The notes under the pieces are model-generated. The model saw only the letters and a program-made list of their open reading frames with translations, did not search any database and had not been told where the DNA came from. A stretch of 63,375 nt of DNA, the filler included, from Octopus bimaculoides (Eukaryota): NCBI RefSeq assembly GCF_001194135.2. It is 9 parts of 7 records of this genome, joined end to end, with 100 filler letters (N's around TTAATTAATTAA, not from the genome) between each part and the next. Parts side by side here need not be neighbours in the genome. Positions count along the whole stretch, not along the records: positions 62,371 to 63,375 come from NC_068981.1; 8 more parts are not named here. One strand, given 5' to 3'. Below, one piece after another: positions 62,691 through 63,375 of the stretch; position 1 is the first letter of the stretch; the number at the start of each line of letters is the position of its first letter. The position numbers and the translations under genes are program-made.

Positions 62691-63375
62691 CTTCGCACAG
62701 TCTTCACTCTTTTATAGCTAGCCATGTCTCTATCGAGAAATCTATTCATCTGCCCATCTACATTTCTGTCCTTTTGTGACTGTGTATGTATCTCACTATA
62801 ACATTATCGGGTTTTACAGTCTTTCGCTTGACATTTTCCATTTCTTTTTTTTTTCTCGTCATCACTCTCTTGCTCTCTCTCTACCCCACTCTCCTGCTAT
62901 TCCTCTTCCTCTACCTCTCTTCCCTTCTCTCTGGATTCCACAGCCTCATGGCGTCCAGCAAAATGGTTTCCTTGTCTTCTTTCTCACACTTCCACCCTTT
63001 CGAATGTCGTATCATAAGTGATTGTCTTTCCATTCACATACTATTATTCCTTCGTCACCGTATTTCTTCCCACGACATAACACCACATACTTTCTGTATT
63101 TCCCATTGTCTATTTGCAAATCAGTTTTTCAGTTGTTGATTGCAAAATATTTCCTCTGGCCTAGTGTTCCCGTTTTTTCTAGCGGCGAAAGCCCTGTACT
63201 AATTTCCTGCATACGATGCGTAACGATGCAAAGTCTGACTTAAATTCATTATTTACGCTTTGCGGAGAAAACCTCTCTTTCTCTCTTTCTTTCTCTCTCT
63301 TTCTCTTCCTCTCGCTCTTTTTTTCTCTATTTTTCACACACACACACACACAGATGTATATATATATATGTATAT

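Overview
Repeat-dense, AT-rich eukaryotic DNA with about 10 kb of N gaps. The SINE families and microsatellite load look like an octopod cephalopod (Octopus-type draft assembly); this is inference from pattern recognition, not a database result. I found no confidently recognisable host gene, tRNA or rRNA. The window is a mosaic of at least four tRNA-headed SINE families, an RTE-type 3' tail family, decayed LINEs (CR1, RTE, L1/Tx1, R4/Dong with a restriction-like endonuclease, CR1-Zenon-like), one complete but dead mariner, MITEs and two Penelope-like elements (PLEs). Eight artificial 100-bp linkers (N44-TTAATTAATTAA-N44) join separate scaffolds, so adjacency across them is not evidence of linkage. 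The most interesting signals are: (1) type I hammerhead ribozyme motifs next to PLE sequence, one with an intact catalytic core at 28.6 kb; (2) a near full-length PLE (48.5-53.7 kb) with direct and inverted terminal repeats, a decayed hammerhead, and a TTAA-flanked piggyBac-like insert whose removal restores the GIY-YIG reading frame; (3) an RTE ORF2 carrying a PHD-type C4HC3 finger; (4) a SINE subfamily sharing its 3' tail with an L1/Tx1 LINE; (5) long near-perfect palindromes. These are mostly new instances of known mobile-element biology. I cannot support a wholly new system from sequence alone.
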